64,000 nt of DNA, taken from IMG/VR virus record IMGVR_UViG_3300020183_004379, positions 19,409 through 83,408 of that record; one strand, 5' to 3'. Numbering within the stretch: the stretch's first letter is position 1; each line of letters begins with the position of its first letter. The position numbers were made by a program, and so were the translations under genes. The stretch comes from a virus. Under the pieces are notes generated by a model. The model did no database searches. It saw nothing but the letters and a program-made list of their open reading frames with translations, and had not been told where the DNA came from. Shown here piece after piece: positions 1 to 10,018 of this stretch.

Positions 1-626
1 ATGAATATAGTTTCTCGGGTCCGTACAGGCCAACACCAGCTGACATCTATATCATAGCTGATACGATTACTAACACCTGCAAACCACACACGATCAAACT
101 GTGTGCCGTTGCTTAGATGCCAGCCATGGGCAGAGGTTACTGTCATGTTGGGCGAGCTAAAACTTTGCACAATGCTTATGTCGTGTGCAGCCAAACTCAG
201 CACAGGTGTGGTTCTTGTTTGATATATGCCCCAGTTGAGTCTGCGACTGGTAATGTGTTGCAGTGTTCCAATGCTGTTTTTATCAAGACAGTTTTTTATC
301 AATTGCAATTGAGGATGGTGCAAAAATATATGGCCAACCATGAACAATTGATTTGGCTGTAGTATTAACTGCATTTTGGCCACTTGCACAGCAGATTCAG
401 CAGCTGGTTTTTCAACATAAACATCATGCCCACGAGACAGTAAATGCACGCATTGATCATAATGATTCCATAATGGCGTGGCCAAAATTACTGGATCAAG
501 AGTATCGATGTCGTTGATGCTTTGATTATTTTTTATGTCAATGATCTTGGCATCAACTCCCAGTTGAGAGAGACTATGATGAAGCTTTGTACCCCAATAG
601 CCTGCACCTACCAACCACATGTTCAT
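1..626 (-). CDS. Gfo/Idh/MocA-family NAD-dependent oxidoreductase (runs off window edge; not in ORF track)
   Basis: Manual translation from ATG at 626: MNMWLVGAGYWG (Rossmann motif)...ILATP...HDVYVEKP...MVGH; ATG overlaps the stop of the DegT gene. Confidence 0.85.
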   Translation of the reverse strand, partial: MNMWLVGAGYWGTKLHHSLSQLGVDAKIIDIKNNQSINDIDTLDPVILATPLWNHYDQCVHLLSRGHDVYVEKPAAESAVQVAKMQLILQPNQLFMVGHIFLHHPQLQLIKNCLDKNSIGTLQHITSRRLNWGIYQTRTTPVLSLAAHDISIVQSFSSPNMTVTSAHGWHLSNGTQFDRVWFAGVSNRISYDIDVSWCWPVRTRETIF

Positions 627-1720
627 TGCGCGAATGCCTTGATTTGATCTACTATGTAACTGATTTGATCTTCAGTCATGCTATACCAACAGGGCAAGCT
701 CAATATCTCGTTCACTGTTTTTTCTGCCACAGGGCAGGGTGTGTACCACTGAGAGAAGGCAGGCTGGTTGTGAACAGTGGTGGCATAATGAACATTAGTG
801 CCGATGCCCATGTTCTGAAGGTGTCGTTTGAGTTCATCTCTTTTGGGAGTTTGAATAACATACACATAGTAACTGTGTGTGTTGCCAAGTTCAATACGAG
901 GAATTTGAACATAATTCCTCAACTGGTCAGAATAAAAATTGCACAATCTGCGTTTGCGTTGCAACCAATCTTTAAGATGTGGCAGTTTTGCCATCACAAT
1001 GTTGGCCTGCATGTTGTCTATGCGAGCGTTATAACCAATTTCTTTTATTTCATAACGACCGGTTCTACCATGATCTCTATACACACGCACTCGGTCCATC
1101 AATTCTTTGTTGCCTGTGCAAGCCCCGGCATCGCCCATGGCGCCTAGATTTTTAACTGGGTTAAAACTAAAACAAGTTATATCTGCCATGCTGCCAACTT
1201 TTTCCTGTTTCCAAAAGTTTCCAATACTGTGTGCAGCGTCTTCAACAAGGTAAAGATTGTGCGTTGTGCAAATCTCTCTCAAACGGTCCATGTTAGGACA
1301 TTGACCATAAATGTCAACACTGAGCACTGCCTTGGTCGTGGGCGAAATTTTAGAAACCAATTGGTCTAGATCTATTAGATGTGTAAGTGGATCAATGTCA
1401 ACAAACACGGGAGTAGCGCCAACACTCACAATGGCTTCGGTGGTGGCAACAAAAGTATGTGGAGTGGTCAATACTTCGTGACCTGGTCCTATGCCAAGAG
1501 CCCGCATGGCACATAGTAGAGCAGTTGTGCCTGATCCAGTGGCTGCGCAATCTTCAGCACCAACATATTTTGCAAATGCAGTTTCAAATTTGGTTGTGTC
1601 TGGACCTGTGATAAAGCTGCTGTTAACCACACTGTCAGCAATGGCCTGATTGATATCTACTGCACAATCAAGATACTGTTGATATAGATTAGTAAAAGGC
1701 ACATTCATTTTTTTAACCAA
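623..1720 (-). CDS. DegT/DnrJ/EryC1/StrS PLP-dependent sugar aminotransferase
   Basis: SGTTAL, VEDAAHS and FSFNPVKNLGAMGDAG (PLP lysine) motifs; GYNARID. Confidence 0.95.
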   Translation of the reverse strand: MVKKMNVPFTNLYQQYLDCAVDINQAIADSVVNSSFITGPDTTKFETAFAKYVGAEDCAATGSGTTALLCAMRALGIGPGHEVLTTPHTFVATTEAIVSVGATPVFVDIDPLTHLIDLDQLVSKISPTTKAVLSVDIYGQCPNMDRLREICTTHNLYLVEDAAHSIGNFWKQEKVGSMADITCFSFNPVKNLGAMGDAGACTGNKELMDRVRVYRDHGRTGRYEIKEIGYNARIDNMQANIVMAKLPHLKDWLQRKRRLCNFYSDQLRNYVQIPRIELGNTHSYYVYVIQTPKRDELKRHLQNMGIGTNVHYATTVHNQPAFSQWYTPCPVAEKTVNEILSLPCWYSMTEDQISYIVDQIKAFAQ

Positions 1721-2646
1721 TCATAATACCTGCGAAAGCCTTCTTCAATATCTATTTTAGGATCAAACCCAAAATCTCTTCGAGCAGCATCTATATTCAA
1801 TGCGCCCCTGCTGGGAAAGTCTGCATCTTTATCTTGGACTTGTATGCTACCTTGCCCCACTATGTTTACTGCCAATTCAGCTGCTCGTAGTAAACTATGA
1901 CTATGACTCTTGGTAATATTGTAAGTTTTATTGTTTGTATAGGCACTACAGGCAGCGGCAACTATACCGTCAGCAGCGTCGTCAACATAGGTAAAGTCAA
2001 GCGTTTCATCAGCTCCATTTACCTTGAGTACTTCGCCTCGCATGGCGCTAAGAATAAACTTGCTGATCACACGATCCTCAACATCTAATTCGCCGTACAC
2101 CGCACTAGGACGGATAATGGTATGGCTTATGCCATAACGACGAGTGTAATCTTTAAGCAACCACTCGCCTGCTAGTTTCATTATGCCGTATTGCCCTTGT
2201 GGATTGCACACAGCATCTTCAGTCACTTGATCGTCAAAGTCTCCGTATACCATGCTAGAACTGATGTACACAAATTTGCCCACTTGATGTTTGACTGATA
2301 ATTCCAACAGGTTAAGCAGGCCCTCGCTCATAACTCGCGATCCTAGTCGTGGATTTACATTCACAATCTTTTGTCTGGGAAAGCTGGCTAAGTGGATCAC
2401 AGTGTCTGGTTTGTGCTTGTCAAACATCCAGTCCATGCCTTGATTGTCTGCTATGTCAACACCGTAGATACGCGATGTTTTCACAATCTTTTGGATGCGC
2501 TGAGGCATAATTATGTCAAGTTCTGCCTGCGGAATCAAACCATAAGTGGTGCGTGTGTCTGTTACAAAAATGTCATGCTGCTGTTCTAATCGCTGCACAA
2601 CATTGTGACCAATAAGTCCAAGACCGCCTGTAACAAGAATTTTCAT
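1705..2646 (-). CDS. NAD-dependent NDP-sugar epimerase/dehydratase
   Basis: TGGLGLIG, SSSMVYG and YGIMK (YxxxK) extended-SDR motifs. Confidence 0.92.
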   Translation of the reverse strand: MKILVTGGLGLIGHNVVQRLEQQHDIFVTDTRTTYGLIPQAELDIIMPQRIQKIVKTSRIYGVDIADNQGMDWMFDKHKPDTVIHLASFPRQKIVNVNPRLGSRVMSEGLLNLLELSVKHQVGKFVYISSSMVYGDFDDQVTEDAVCNPQGQYGIMKLAGEWLLKDYTRRYGISHTIIRPSAVYGELDVEDRVISKFILSAMRGEVLKVNGADETLDFTYVDDAADGIVAAACSAYTNNKTYNITKSHSHSLLRAAELAVNIVGQGSIQVQDKDADFPSRGALNIDAARRDFGFDPKIDIEEGFRRYYDWLKK

Positions 2647-2876
2647 GTGTACTTCAACCTGTATATGATTTCATCGCATTCGTTAAGTTCACCGTAAATG
2701 GCGCATTTCCATCCATAGGTTTCTAGACTAGGCATTATCCTAAAACTAGGCGTCTCAATCGCATGCTCCATGACCCATCTTCCTTGATCACTGTTTTGCC
2801 AATTAATGATAGGTTGGGCGGCATAAAGTTCTGGATCTTCAACATCGCCCATATAGAATTCTTTGAACACAATCAT
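2643..2876 (-). CDS. phage hypothetical protein
   Basis: Packed ORF; TATAAT at 2883-2888 immediately upstream. Confidence 0.7.
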   Translation of the reverse strand: MIVFKEFYMGDVEDPELYAAQPIINWQNSDQGRWVMEHAIETPSFRIMPSLETYGWKCAIYGELNECDEIIYRLKYT

Positions 2877-2883
2877 AACTGTA

Positions 2884-3795
2884 TTATACAGCCATGTCTG
2901 CAGAAATGCTAGAGTGACTCTGGTAGTTTTCTAACCGGATGTCTTCAATTCGAAACTGAGTAATATCTTTTATGTCAGGATTGAGCCAAAGTCGTGGAGC
3001 AGGGAATGGTTCACGTTGCATTTGTTCGTTTACCTGCTCTATATGATTCAGATATATGTGTGCATCGCCGAGTACATGAACAAACTCACCTACTTGCAAG
3101 CCACACACATGAGCAATCATGTGTGTGAGCAAACTATAGCTCGCGATGTTAAAGGGAACACCCAAAAACATATCGCAGGATCTTTGATACATCTGACACG
3201 ACAGCCGGCCATCGGCTACATAAAATTGTGCAAAACAGTGACACGGGGGCAAGGCCATGACTTCTAATTCGCCTGGATTCCATGCAGTTAATATATGTCT
3301 TCGTCCGTATGGGTCTGTTTTGATACCCTTAATTAACTTTTTAAGCTGATCAACTTCTTTTATACTCACTCCGCCTTTGATGGTGTATGTATGGCCAAAT
3401 TCATTGGTAAAACTACCACCAATAACTTTTTCTGCTGTTCGCCAGTGTCGCCATTGCACGCCATACACCCTACCTAGGTCACCTGCATACTCTGCCTTGT
3501 GTTGCCAATAGGTTGCCGTGGCATTGTCGGTCCAGATGGTTGCTTTGGTTAGGTCTCGCGTACCATGGAGAATTTCCGCCAAGCGTCTCTCGTCCCCTGA
3601 CCCTTCAATGAACCACAGCAACTCTGACACCACTGACTTCCAAGCCAGCTTCTTTGTAGTAACAGCAGGAAATCCTGCACTCAGGTCATAGCGTTGCTGC
3701 ATACCAAACATGCTCAAAGTGCCTACACCGGTGCGGTCTGAGCGTACTTTGCCTTGCTCCAGCACAGTACGCAATGCGTCATGATACTGTTTCAT
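2884..3795 (-). CDS. thyA: thymidylate synthase
   Basis: DRTGVGT, ALPPCH and YQRSCDMFLGVPFNIASY (Asn = dUMP specificity), DAHIY. Confidence 0.97.
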   Translation of the reverse strand: MKQYHDALRTVLEQGKVRSDRTGVGTLSMFGMQQRYDLSAGFPAVTTKKLAWKSVVSELLWFIEGSGDERRLAEILHGTRDLTKATIWTDNATATYWQHKAEYAGDLGRVYGVQWRHWRTAEKVIGGSFTNEFGHTYTIKGGVSIKEVDQLKKLIKGIKTDPYGRRHILTAWNPGELEVMALPPCHCFAQFYVADGRLSCQMYQRSCDMFLGVPFNIASYSLLTHMIAHVCGLQVGEFVHVLGDAHIYLNHIEQVNEQMQREPFPAPRLWLNPDIKDITQFRIEDIRLENYQSHSSISADMAV

Positions 3796-4289
3796 TTTAG
3801 TCTAAAAAAATGTTTGTACACACACCAATTGATAGTTCTTGCTTGGTTTGGCATGCTACTGGTTATTCTTGTGCCTAAAAGATATCTGTTCATGTCTACT
3901 CGTACATCAGTGTAGTAACTGCCCTTGCGATGTGCTACCCACATTTCTTCACAGATGTCTTTGGTTTTCATCAACAGATCAGCACCGCCAATTACCCAAA
4001 TATGTTTTTGCGGATTAATTGATTGAAGCTCTTTTATTATATCAATTGTATTTCCGCGTTTGACAACAGCATGTTGGATATAAGACTTACTTGTTAGTAC
4101 CACGCAAGTGCATTTTGGCATCGGCTTGAGAAATTTTGGATCGTCCCAGGTGCGGCGCCCCATGACCACCACATGTCCTTCTGTGGCTTCTCTAAACCAT
4201 GCCATATCGTCTGGGTCATTGGCCCAGGGCAGGGTGCCTTTGTTGCCAAGGCCTCCCCGCTGGTCTACTGAAAATATACTTCTAATCAT
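3792..4289 (-). CDS. folA: dihydrofolate reductase
   Basis: GNKGTLPW..D, VVMGRRTW, VIGGA; adjacent to thyA. Confidence 0.93.
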   Translation of the reverse strand: MIRSIFSVDQRGGLGNKGTLPWANDPDDMAWFREATEGHVVVMGRRTWDDPKFLKPMPKCTCVVLTSKSYIQHAVVKRGNTIDIIKELQSINPQKHIWVIGGADLLMKTKDICEEMWVAHRKGSYYTDVRVDMNRYLLGTRITSSMPNQARTINWCVYKHFFRLK

Positions 4290-4612
4290 GAAAGGTGTTT
4301 TAAGATGTCGTCTGTGATTGGTTGAACAGTTTTTGCTACAGTTTCTATACTGATAAAAAAGTCTACATCCTTGATAATCTCATCCATTTTACGCAACTTA
4401 TCATTGAGTTCGTCTTTGATTTCGTCTGGGTTCTGGCCTTCGGCTAATAATTGCAAAATATCAACTTCGACCATGGTTCCATCAATGAGATTTACATGCA
4501 CCTTTTCTAATAGGTTAATTGGCACTTCGTCCTTAGATACTGTTTTAAGAATCTGTTTCCAACGGTCACGAGCATCTACATTAATTCGCCTTGACTTTGG
4601 TTTTCGCGCCAT
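4286..4612 (-). CDS. phage hypothetical protein
   Basis: Packed ORF with overlapping stop/start junctions. Confidence 0.7.
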   Translation of the reverse strand: MARKPKSRRINVDARDRWKQILKTVSKDEVPINLLEKVHVNLIDGTMVEVDILQLLAEGQNPDEIKDELNDKLRKMDEIIKDVDFFISIETVAKTVQPITDDILKHLS

Positions 4613-5273
4613 TTGTTTTCTTAACCTTTACACCAGGGGTTAGTGAAGCTGCTTCTTCGGTCAGCCTTTTTACTTCTGCCATAAGACTCTCAGCATCACG
4701 CTGCATACGCCGAGCTTGAGCCAGTAAATTCTGTGCGATATCTGAATCAGATAATATACCGTCGGCAGCAGGTACTTCTACTGGTTTGGCAGCATTTGGT
4801 GGCGCACCAACCTCACGACCTTCTACTACTTTGTCTTTTGGCTTGGCAGCTTCGCGTTCTTGCATGCCTGGTTTCCAACCAGTCACTTTGGTATCAAGTT
4901 CTGCCAGGCGTTGTACAGCTTCTTGGCCCTTAGCCATTTCGTCTAGAATGTCATTGAGTTCATCTAGTCGCACAGTACTCTTGGCATTGGCTTGAACAAT
5001 AACCTGATTGGTAGGAACTTTTTGTATCATACCTTCTGAATGCAATACCTGAAGGGTGTTTCGTCCGTCAGGCATAATGTTGCGAAACAAGGCATCGGCT
5101 AAATCGCTTGCCTGTTGACCCGGAGCACTTTCTAATACCTTCATAATTTCGTCATGAATCATTCTGGGCAGCAGATCGCTGTAAACCAAAAGACACATAT
5201 GATCTTCACCGGGCACTCTGCGATACAACAGTGCAGCTCGGCGATTATTGTGTTTTACCACGTGCTTTAGCAT
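4581..5273 (-). CDS. phage hypothetical protein with C-terminal coiled coil (start moved to MLKHV)
   Basis: AGGAG SD upstream of ATG at 5273. Confidence 0.7.
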   Translation of the reverse strand: MLKHVVKHNNRRAALLYRRVPGEDHMCLLVYSDLLPRMIHDEIMKVLESAPGQQASDLADALFRNIMPDGRNTLQVLHSEGMIQKVPTNQVIVQANAKSTVRLDELNDILDEMAKGQEAVQRLAELDTKVTGWKPGMQEREAAKPKDKVVEGREVGAPPNAAKPVEVPAADGILSDSDIAQNLLAQARRMQRDAESLMAEVKRLTEEAASLTPGVKVKKTNGAKTKVKAN

Positions 5274-5517
5274 TTTTTTTCTCCTTTGGTTCCGCTGCTG
5301 TTTCTGTTGACGGTGCGGTATCGTCAGCCGTAGTTCTAGTAACAGCACCAGCTGCTTCTAGAAATGCGATCAATTTGTCATAGGTATTGCCAACTGTGCT
5401 AAGTTCTTCGGTTTTCCAGCTGCCTCTGCTGGTAGCCAATTGTATAATCTGGGCAATGTTCACCAAATCGTTTACGCCAAGCGTAGGACGCGGTTCGGGT
5501 GATTCCACTGTACTCAT
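5245..5517 (-). CDS. small phage hypothetical protein (late)
   Basis: GGAG SD; TAAATA at 5546-5551. Confidence 0.7.
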   Translation of the reverse strand: MSTVESPEPRPTLGVNDLVNIAQIIQLATSRGSWKTEELSTVGNTYDKLIAFLEAAGAVTRTTADDTAPSTETAAEPKEKKNAKARGKTQ

Positions 5518-5580
5518 AAATTCTCCATTTGAATTACTGCTATTTTATTTACGGCAATACTGCCAGCCAATATTTTTTCT

Positions 5581-5874
5581 TTACCAAATACTATCATTGT
5601 TTGAGTTATTGATTTGATCAAGGAACAGCCCCAAGTATGTGCTTTCGCTATGATTCTCAAATGCCAAAAGTTTGCACATGATTCTCTTGCCTGTGCTGTC
5701 AATGCTGATATAATCTCCAAAATAAAACCGACCATACAAATTTGTATAGACCCAATCTAAAATGTTTTGTTCATTTACACACAAGTCAAAAGGCACACGA
5801 ACAAAATGCGGAGGACAAAAGTCCATGCGTCTGAGACCGTGTACATTAAGAGGATTGATTTCTGGAAATAACAT
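5581..5874 (-). CDS. phage hypothetical protein
   Basis: Packed ORF. Confidence 0.6.
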   Translation of the reverse strand: MLFPEINPLNVHGLRRMDFCPPHFVRVPFDLCVNEQNILDWVYTNLYGRFYFGDYISIDSTGKRIMCKLLAFENHSESTYLGLFLDQINNSNNDSIW

Positions 5875-6040
5875 GTTTCTTTAAGATGAATACATCGTTG
5901 TGTATGGTTACCAATTCGTACCCGCTTTGCCCCAAAGCGTTTAACAGTTCTAAATAATCTGTTGGATTGGTAGTGGTTTCGTTACTGGCCAACACCATCG
6001 GGAGCATGGTGTATTGATAAGTGTGTTTTTCATCCGCCAT
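5846..6040 (-). CDS. small hypothetical protein (LNALGQSGYELV, DUF4177-like)
   Basis: Motif resemblance; TTTACA-17-TATAAT promoter at 6046-6074. Confidence 0.55.
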   Translation of the reverse strand: MADEKHTYQYTMLPMVLASNETTTNPTDYLELLNALGQSGYELVTIHNDVFILKKHVISRNQSS

Positions 6041-6056
6041 ACTGTATTATAACGAA

Positions 6057-6695
6057 TTACAGTTTGTTTGTAAACAAAATTATGGCTCGTTTGTTTTTCA
6101 AACGACTGCGATAATCGTCACTGGCATGCCATTGTTTTCTATCAAACAACACCAGGTCGCCGCGTTGCCATTCATACACTTTGTGTATGCTGAGAAAGAA
6201 TCTATCCAGGGCTCTACAATGTCCAAGCATGTTGTTCCATTCAGTATGAGGCACATGATTGGGGATAGGTCCGTGTTCTTGTTTATAGCGGCCAAAGTCT
6301 TTATATGCAGCCCACTGATCAAAAAACACTGTGCGGGTAGACACAGTTTCTAATGGTATCATCACAGCATAATAAGGTTCTATGTCGGTGTGTTTGCATT
6401 CGATAATGTAGTCATTGTGAACATCCCATGGCAATTGACTTTCAAGTATATAACTAGCCATGCTTATATAATTGCCTAGTAAAGGATGTAAGATTTCGTC
6501 CAAGGCAGATTTGACATCTGCATTGTCCGGGTTATCCCAATCCCAGATATGATGATTGGCCACTAGCCCTTGATTGATCCAAACACCTTTAGAGTCTTGA
6601 TAAGGAACCAATTGACTCTTTGAGAGAATCAATTGTTCAAGTTCATCAAGTGTGCTGTTGTCGAGTTTTTGCGGGTGTATTTGCAATGGTAGCAT
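6057..6695 (-). CDS. putative 2OG-Fe(II) dioxygenase-fold protein
   Basis: HND...GDLVLFD..QWHAS...KRAI (HxD...H...R arrangement). Confidence 0.6.
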   Translation of the reverse strand: MLPLQIHPQKLDNSTLDELEQLILSKSQLVPYQDSKGVWINQGLVANHHIWDWDNPDNADVKSALDEILHPLLGNYISMASYILESQLPWDVHNDYIIECKHTDIEPYYAVMIPLETVSTRTVFFDQWAAYKDFGRYKQEHGPIPNHVPHTEWNNMLGHCRALDRFFLSIHKVYEWQRGDLVLFDRKQWHASDDYRSRLKNKRAIILFTNKL

Positions 6696-6708
6696 GCAAA
6701 TATTTATT

Positions 6709-6912
6709 TTACTTGGACTTGTATTTTTGCATTTCTTTTAGATAGTGAGCACAGTCAGCTCGCTGTTGATCAGTAATTTTATTGCGCTCAACCATAATAC
6801 CGCAATCTCTACGCAAAGCAGAGGCCTCGCGGTCTGCACGGGTAAAATAATAGACTATAAAAAAAACAGCGACTAACAAAGTAGTCGCTCTAATTAACTC
6901 TTGATGTATCAT
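6709..6912 (-). CDS. small membrane protein
   Basis: N-terminal hydrophobic helix. Confidence 0.6.
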   Translation of the reverse strand: MIHQELIRATTLLVAVFFIVYYFTRADREASALRRDCGIMVERNKITDQQRADCAHYLKEMQKYKSK

Positions 6913-6914
6913 TT

Positions 6915-7172
6915 CTACTTGGAATCTTTAATTATCTTAACAATTTCTTCCTGTTCTTCATTGTACTTATTCCAGGCATTTTTGATACCATCATACAATA
7001 TCCATTTAGCAACATAGCCAAGTATAATCACTGCGGCAGGAACTGCAAAAAACTGTTTGTACGCATCAGGAGCAGTTAAAGCACAACCAAAAAGAAACAT
7101 GGCCAACAGCCAGAACCGTTGCCATGTTTCAAACTGCCGCCATCGCCATTGTAAAAAGTACCAAATCTTCAT
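6915..7172 (-). CDS. two-TM membrane protein (start at MKIWY)
   Basis: ATGA overlap with vWA gene stop; two hydrophobic segments. Confidence 0.6.
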   Translation of the reverse strand: MKIWYFLQWRWRQFETWQRFWLLAMFLFGCALTAPDAYKQFFAVPAAVIILGYVAKWILYDGIKNAWNKYNEEQEEIVKIIKDSK

Positions 7173-8452
7173 TTGCTTTTTGCCGCCTCCTCGTAATGAG
7201 CCCACACACCAAATGGTGGTTGACAACCAGGATTACCTTTGATGATCCAGCACACATCGCAGTAGGCTTCTTCACCCCACTCGCCAAACGGCATACCGTC
7301 AGTAAACATTACAAACTTCTTGGGCTGAATATCGTTGGCCTTCATCCATTCGTAGTTTGCCATAAAGTCTGTACCGCCGCCACCAGCTGGTTGGTAGTTG
7401 GCAATGTCTTCTAAGTTTTCACTAGTAAACACCTGCGGATTGTAAATCTCAGTGTCAAAGCACCACACATGAATCTTGTATTCATCGTAGGCTTCCATGA
7501 TGCCTTTGATCTCGGCCATGAAGTCTTTGATGTCGCGCTCGCTGATTGAACCCGAAGTGTCAATTGCTACACAAATATCAATCTGTGTGCCAGGCAGCAT
7601 GCCAGGCATGATAGCATCCATGTGCCATCCTTTGCGACTAGGCTTCATCCAAGTAAAGTCACTCTTGATTGTGCTCTGAATTTGCTGTTCCAACAATGAG
7701 CGCCAATCAATCACACTTTCAGTCAAATCCTTGATCAGACGCTTGACACCTGCAGGCAAGTTGCCTGCACCTGACTGCTGAGCGGCATTCAGTACTGCTT
7801 CGCGAATCTCGTCACGAATCTGCTGTTTTTCTTCTTCGCTCAAACGCGGACGACCTTTACCATCCTTGTCACTTTCGCCGTCGCCTTCTCCGTCCTCCCC
7901 GTTGCCGTCCAAGTGTTCATCTAACAATTGTTCAACCAACTGTTCCAGAGATATTTTTTTGGCATTTTTCATGAGATCGTCGTAGATCTCTTCTGAACTC
8001 ATACCGCGATATTTTGAATCGTACAGCATGGGCACAACATTGATGCGCTCACCAACTTTTTGATCAACCAAATCGCTGTTCACAGCAAAGTCATTGGCCA
8101 CATTAAAAATCATAGGATCACGGTCGCCTCGGCGACTCATGTGATCATATACTGCATGTAACACTTCATGTCCGACCAAGAACTCTAACTGCTTGGGCGG
8201 GAGCTTCTCAACGAATACAGTATTGTAATAAAAGTTACGGCCGTCCGTGGCTGCAGTAGGACACCAGTCATCGGCATTGATCAACTTCATGCGAGTTGCA
8301 AGATTGCCAAAGAACGGCGCCTTGAGTAACAGTGCAATACGAGCAGTGATTAGTTTTTCGCGGACGGCATTGTCGCGCTTCTGATCAAACTCAATCTTGG
8401 GTAAATCTTTTTTCTTAACTTTTTCGTTAAGTGTTGTGCTGGCTGTTGACAT
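7169..8452 (-). CDS. DUF2201-type metallopeptidase + vWA domain protein
   Basis: TAATDG, HEVLH zincin motif, DTSGS MIDAS, GGGGTDF, FTDG. Confidence 0.9.
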   Translation of the reverse strand: MSTASTTLNEKVKKKDLPKIEFDQKRDNAVREKLITARIALLLKAPFFGNLATRMKLINADDWCPTAATDGRNFYYNTVFVEKLPPKQLEFLVGHEVLHAVYDHMSRRGDRDPMIFNVANDFAVNSDLVDQKVGERINVVPMLYDSKYRGMSSEEIYDDLMKNAKKISLEQLVEQLLDEHLDGNGEDGEGDGESDKDGKGRPRLSEEEKQQIRDEIREAVLNAAQQSGAGNLPAGVKRLIKDLTESVIDWRSLLEQQIQSTIKSDFTWMKPSRKGWHMDAIMPGMLPGTQIDICVAIDTSGSISERDIKDFMAEIKGIMEAYDEYKIHVWCFDTEIYNPQVFTSENLEDIANYQPAGGGGTDFMANYEWMKANDIQPKKFVMFTDGMPFGEWGEEAYCDVCWIIKGNPGCQPPFGVWAHYEEAAKSK

Positions 8453-8475
8453 GCAGGCTCCTTGTGTGAGTATGT

Positions 8476-8504
8476 ATTATAAAACAGAGCGGGTTTATGG
8501 TCAA
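8476..8504 (-). promoter_or_regulatory. sigma70-type promoter nested in terminator hairpin
   Basis: TTGACC-17 bp-TATAAT on minus strand. Confidence 0.75.
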
Positions 8505-8516
8505 ACCCACTCTGTT
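8483..8516 (-). terminator. intrinsic terminator after MoxR gene
   Basis: AACAGAGTGGGTTT-GACCAT-AAACCCGCTCTGTT followed by TT. Confidence 0.6.
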
Positions 8517-8520
8517 CATT

Positions 8521-9642
8521 TTAGGATTTCTCGCGAGCACTTGCAGCCAAGATGTACTTGCCAAATCTCTTGTGGAACTCGTCAAAGTTCTTGAGCTTGT
8601 TGGGGATCAACGGCAGGTTGTAGGTGGTGAGTGCAATACGCGAACCCATGACCACCAACTCAGTGTTGAAATTGTCCATCATATACTTGAGGAACCTGTC
8701 GGCCAACGGGTGCCATGCATCCATTTTGGCCTTGTCGCCTTGTACTTCCTGAAACTTCTCTTGCAGGCTGTAGCACAAGCTCACTGCCAGCGAGTACTGA
8801 GCACTAATTTCTTTGGTGTCAAGAGTAGTAACTTTGCCGCTGAGCACATCGTCGGGCTTGGGCATCTTGCCTGCAACCTTGCGGTGTGCCATAAACTTGA
8901 TGGCAATACCTTCGCCAACTGTACCTGCAATCAGGTTAGTTAACTCTGCGTCAGTTGTATCTTCGTCTTCACAAAACTGGCTCACGAAACTCCAGGTGCG
9001 TGGAGAAGCAAACGCACGGCTGGGACTGCGAGAGTCAAAGTCAAACAAGTCTTGTTTAGCGAAGCCAATATAACCGACCACATCTTTGTGGATTTTATTG
9101 TTCACTGCCCACTGTTCCCAGGCGCCGTGATCCACACGCAATTCCTGGTGAACAAAGCGGTTGGCAAGAGGGGTCGGCATGCGGAATGTAACACCCTTGT
9201 CGCTTTCGCGGTTACCGGCGGCAACCATAACCACATTGTCGGGTAGTACATATTTGCCCACACGCCGATTTAGAATCAGCTGATACGCCGCACTTTGCAC
9301 AGCCGGCGCCGCTGAGTTAAGTTCGTCCAAGAATAGAACGATAATAGGATACTGGCTAGCCAGTTCTTGATCAGGCAAGTCAACAGGCGGAGCCCAATCC
9401 ATCTTGCCCAGATCTTTGTTGTAAAACGGAATGCCTCGAATGTCAGTGGGCTCCATTTGACCTAGTCGCAAGTCGATCATGAAACCTTCAAGTTCGCCAG
9501 TGATTCCTGCCACAAGCTCGGATTTACCGATGCCTGGAGGGCCCCAAAGAAATACAGGACGCTGTTTCTTAAAGCATCGCATGATAGTCTTGCGAGCTTC
9601 AATTGCTGTGAGAGTACGATTTTCGCTTGTCTGTGCCGCCAT
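8521..9642 (-). CDS. MoxR-like AAA+ ATPase
   Basis: GPPGIGKS Walker A, LFLDELN Walker B, AAGNR, LANRF. Confidence 0.92.
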   Translation of the reverse strand: MAAQTSENRTLTAIEARKTIMRCFKKQRPVFLWGPPGIGKSELVAGITGELEGFMIDLRLGQMEPTDIRGIPFYNKDLGKMDWAPPVDLPDQELASQYPIIVLFLDELNSAAPAVQSAAYQLILNRRVGKYVLPDNVVMVAAGNRESDKGVTFRMPTPLANRFVHQELRVDHGAWEQWAVNNKIHKDVVGYIGFAKQDLFDFDSRSPSRAFASPRTWSFVSQFCEDEDTTDAELTNLIAGTVGEGIAIKFMAHRKVAGKMPKPDDVLSGKVTTLDTKEISAQYSLAVSLCYSLQEKFQEVQGDKAKMDAWHPLADRFLKYMMDNFNTELVVMGSRIALTTYNLPLIPNKLKNFDEFHKRFGKYILAASAREKS

Positions 9643-9674
9643 CTTAAACTCCTAAAAATGTGATTTGCAGGACT

Positions 9675-9703
9675 AGTATATTGCAGATGTGAATTTGTGT
9701 CAA
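9675..9703 (-). promoter_or_regulatory. sigma70-type early promoter
   Basis: TTGACA-17 bp-TATACT. Confidence 0.8.
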
Positions 9704-9725
9704 CAAAGTTTTGTTGCTGTAGTTT

Positions 9726-9992
9726 TTAAGCAACATCAAATAAATGTCCAAAAACTTTGGCATGGATTGATAAACTTACCCTGGCAGTGTTAGACCATGT
9801 TTGGAAATTGTGTACTTTAGCATGAATCTGATCTAGCGTGGTTACTTGCAAAGGAAGCTCGGTATAATAAGGTGCGTTGGCTTTGGTAAAGTTTGGTGCG
9901 GTACTAGCACATATTACAATACTAAAAACATTTTGGCTGTATGGTTGCTTTTTTAGCAACACTTTTGCATAAAGTGTGTTTGCTGGTTGCAT
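9726..9992 (-). CDS. early hypothetical protein
   Basis: AGGAG SD; own promoter. Confidence 0.65.
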   Translation of the reverse strand: MQPANTLYAKVLLKKQPYSQNVFSIVICASTAPNFTKANAPYYTELPLQVTTLDQIHAKVHNFQTWSNTARVSLSIHAKVFGHLFDVA

Positions 9993-10018
9993 TTTGGCTC
10001 CTTTTTTACTCTAGCACA

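Noticed and set aside
2884-3795. thyA as a dCMP/dUMP hydroxymethylase supplying the glycosyltransferase acceptor
   Set aside because: Canonical thymidylate synthase motifs including the specificity Asn (PFNIASY), and coupling to DHFR.
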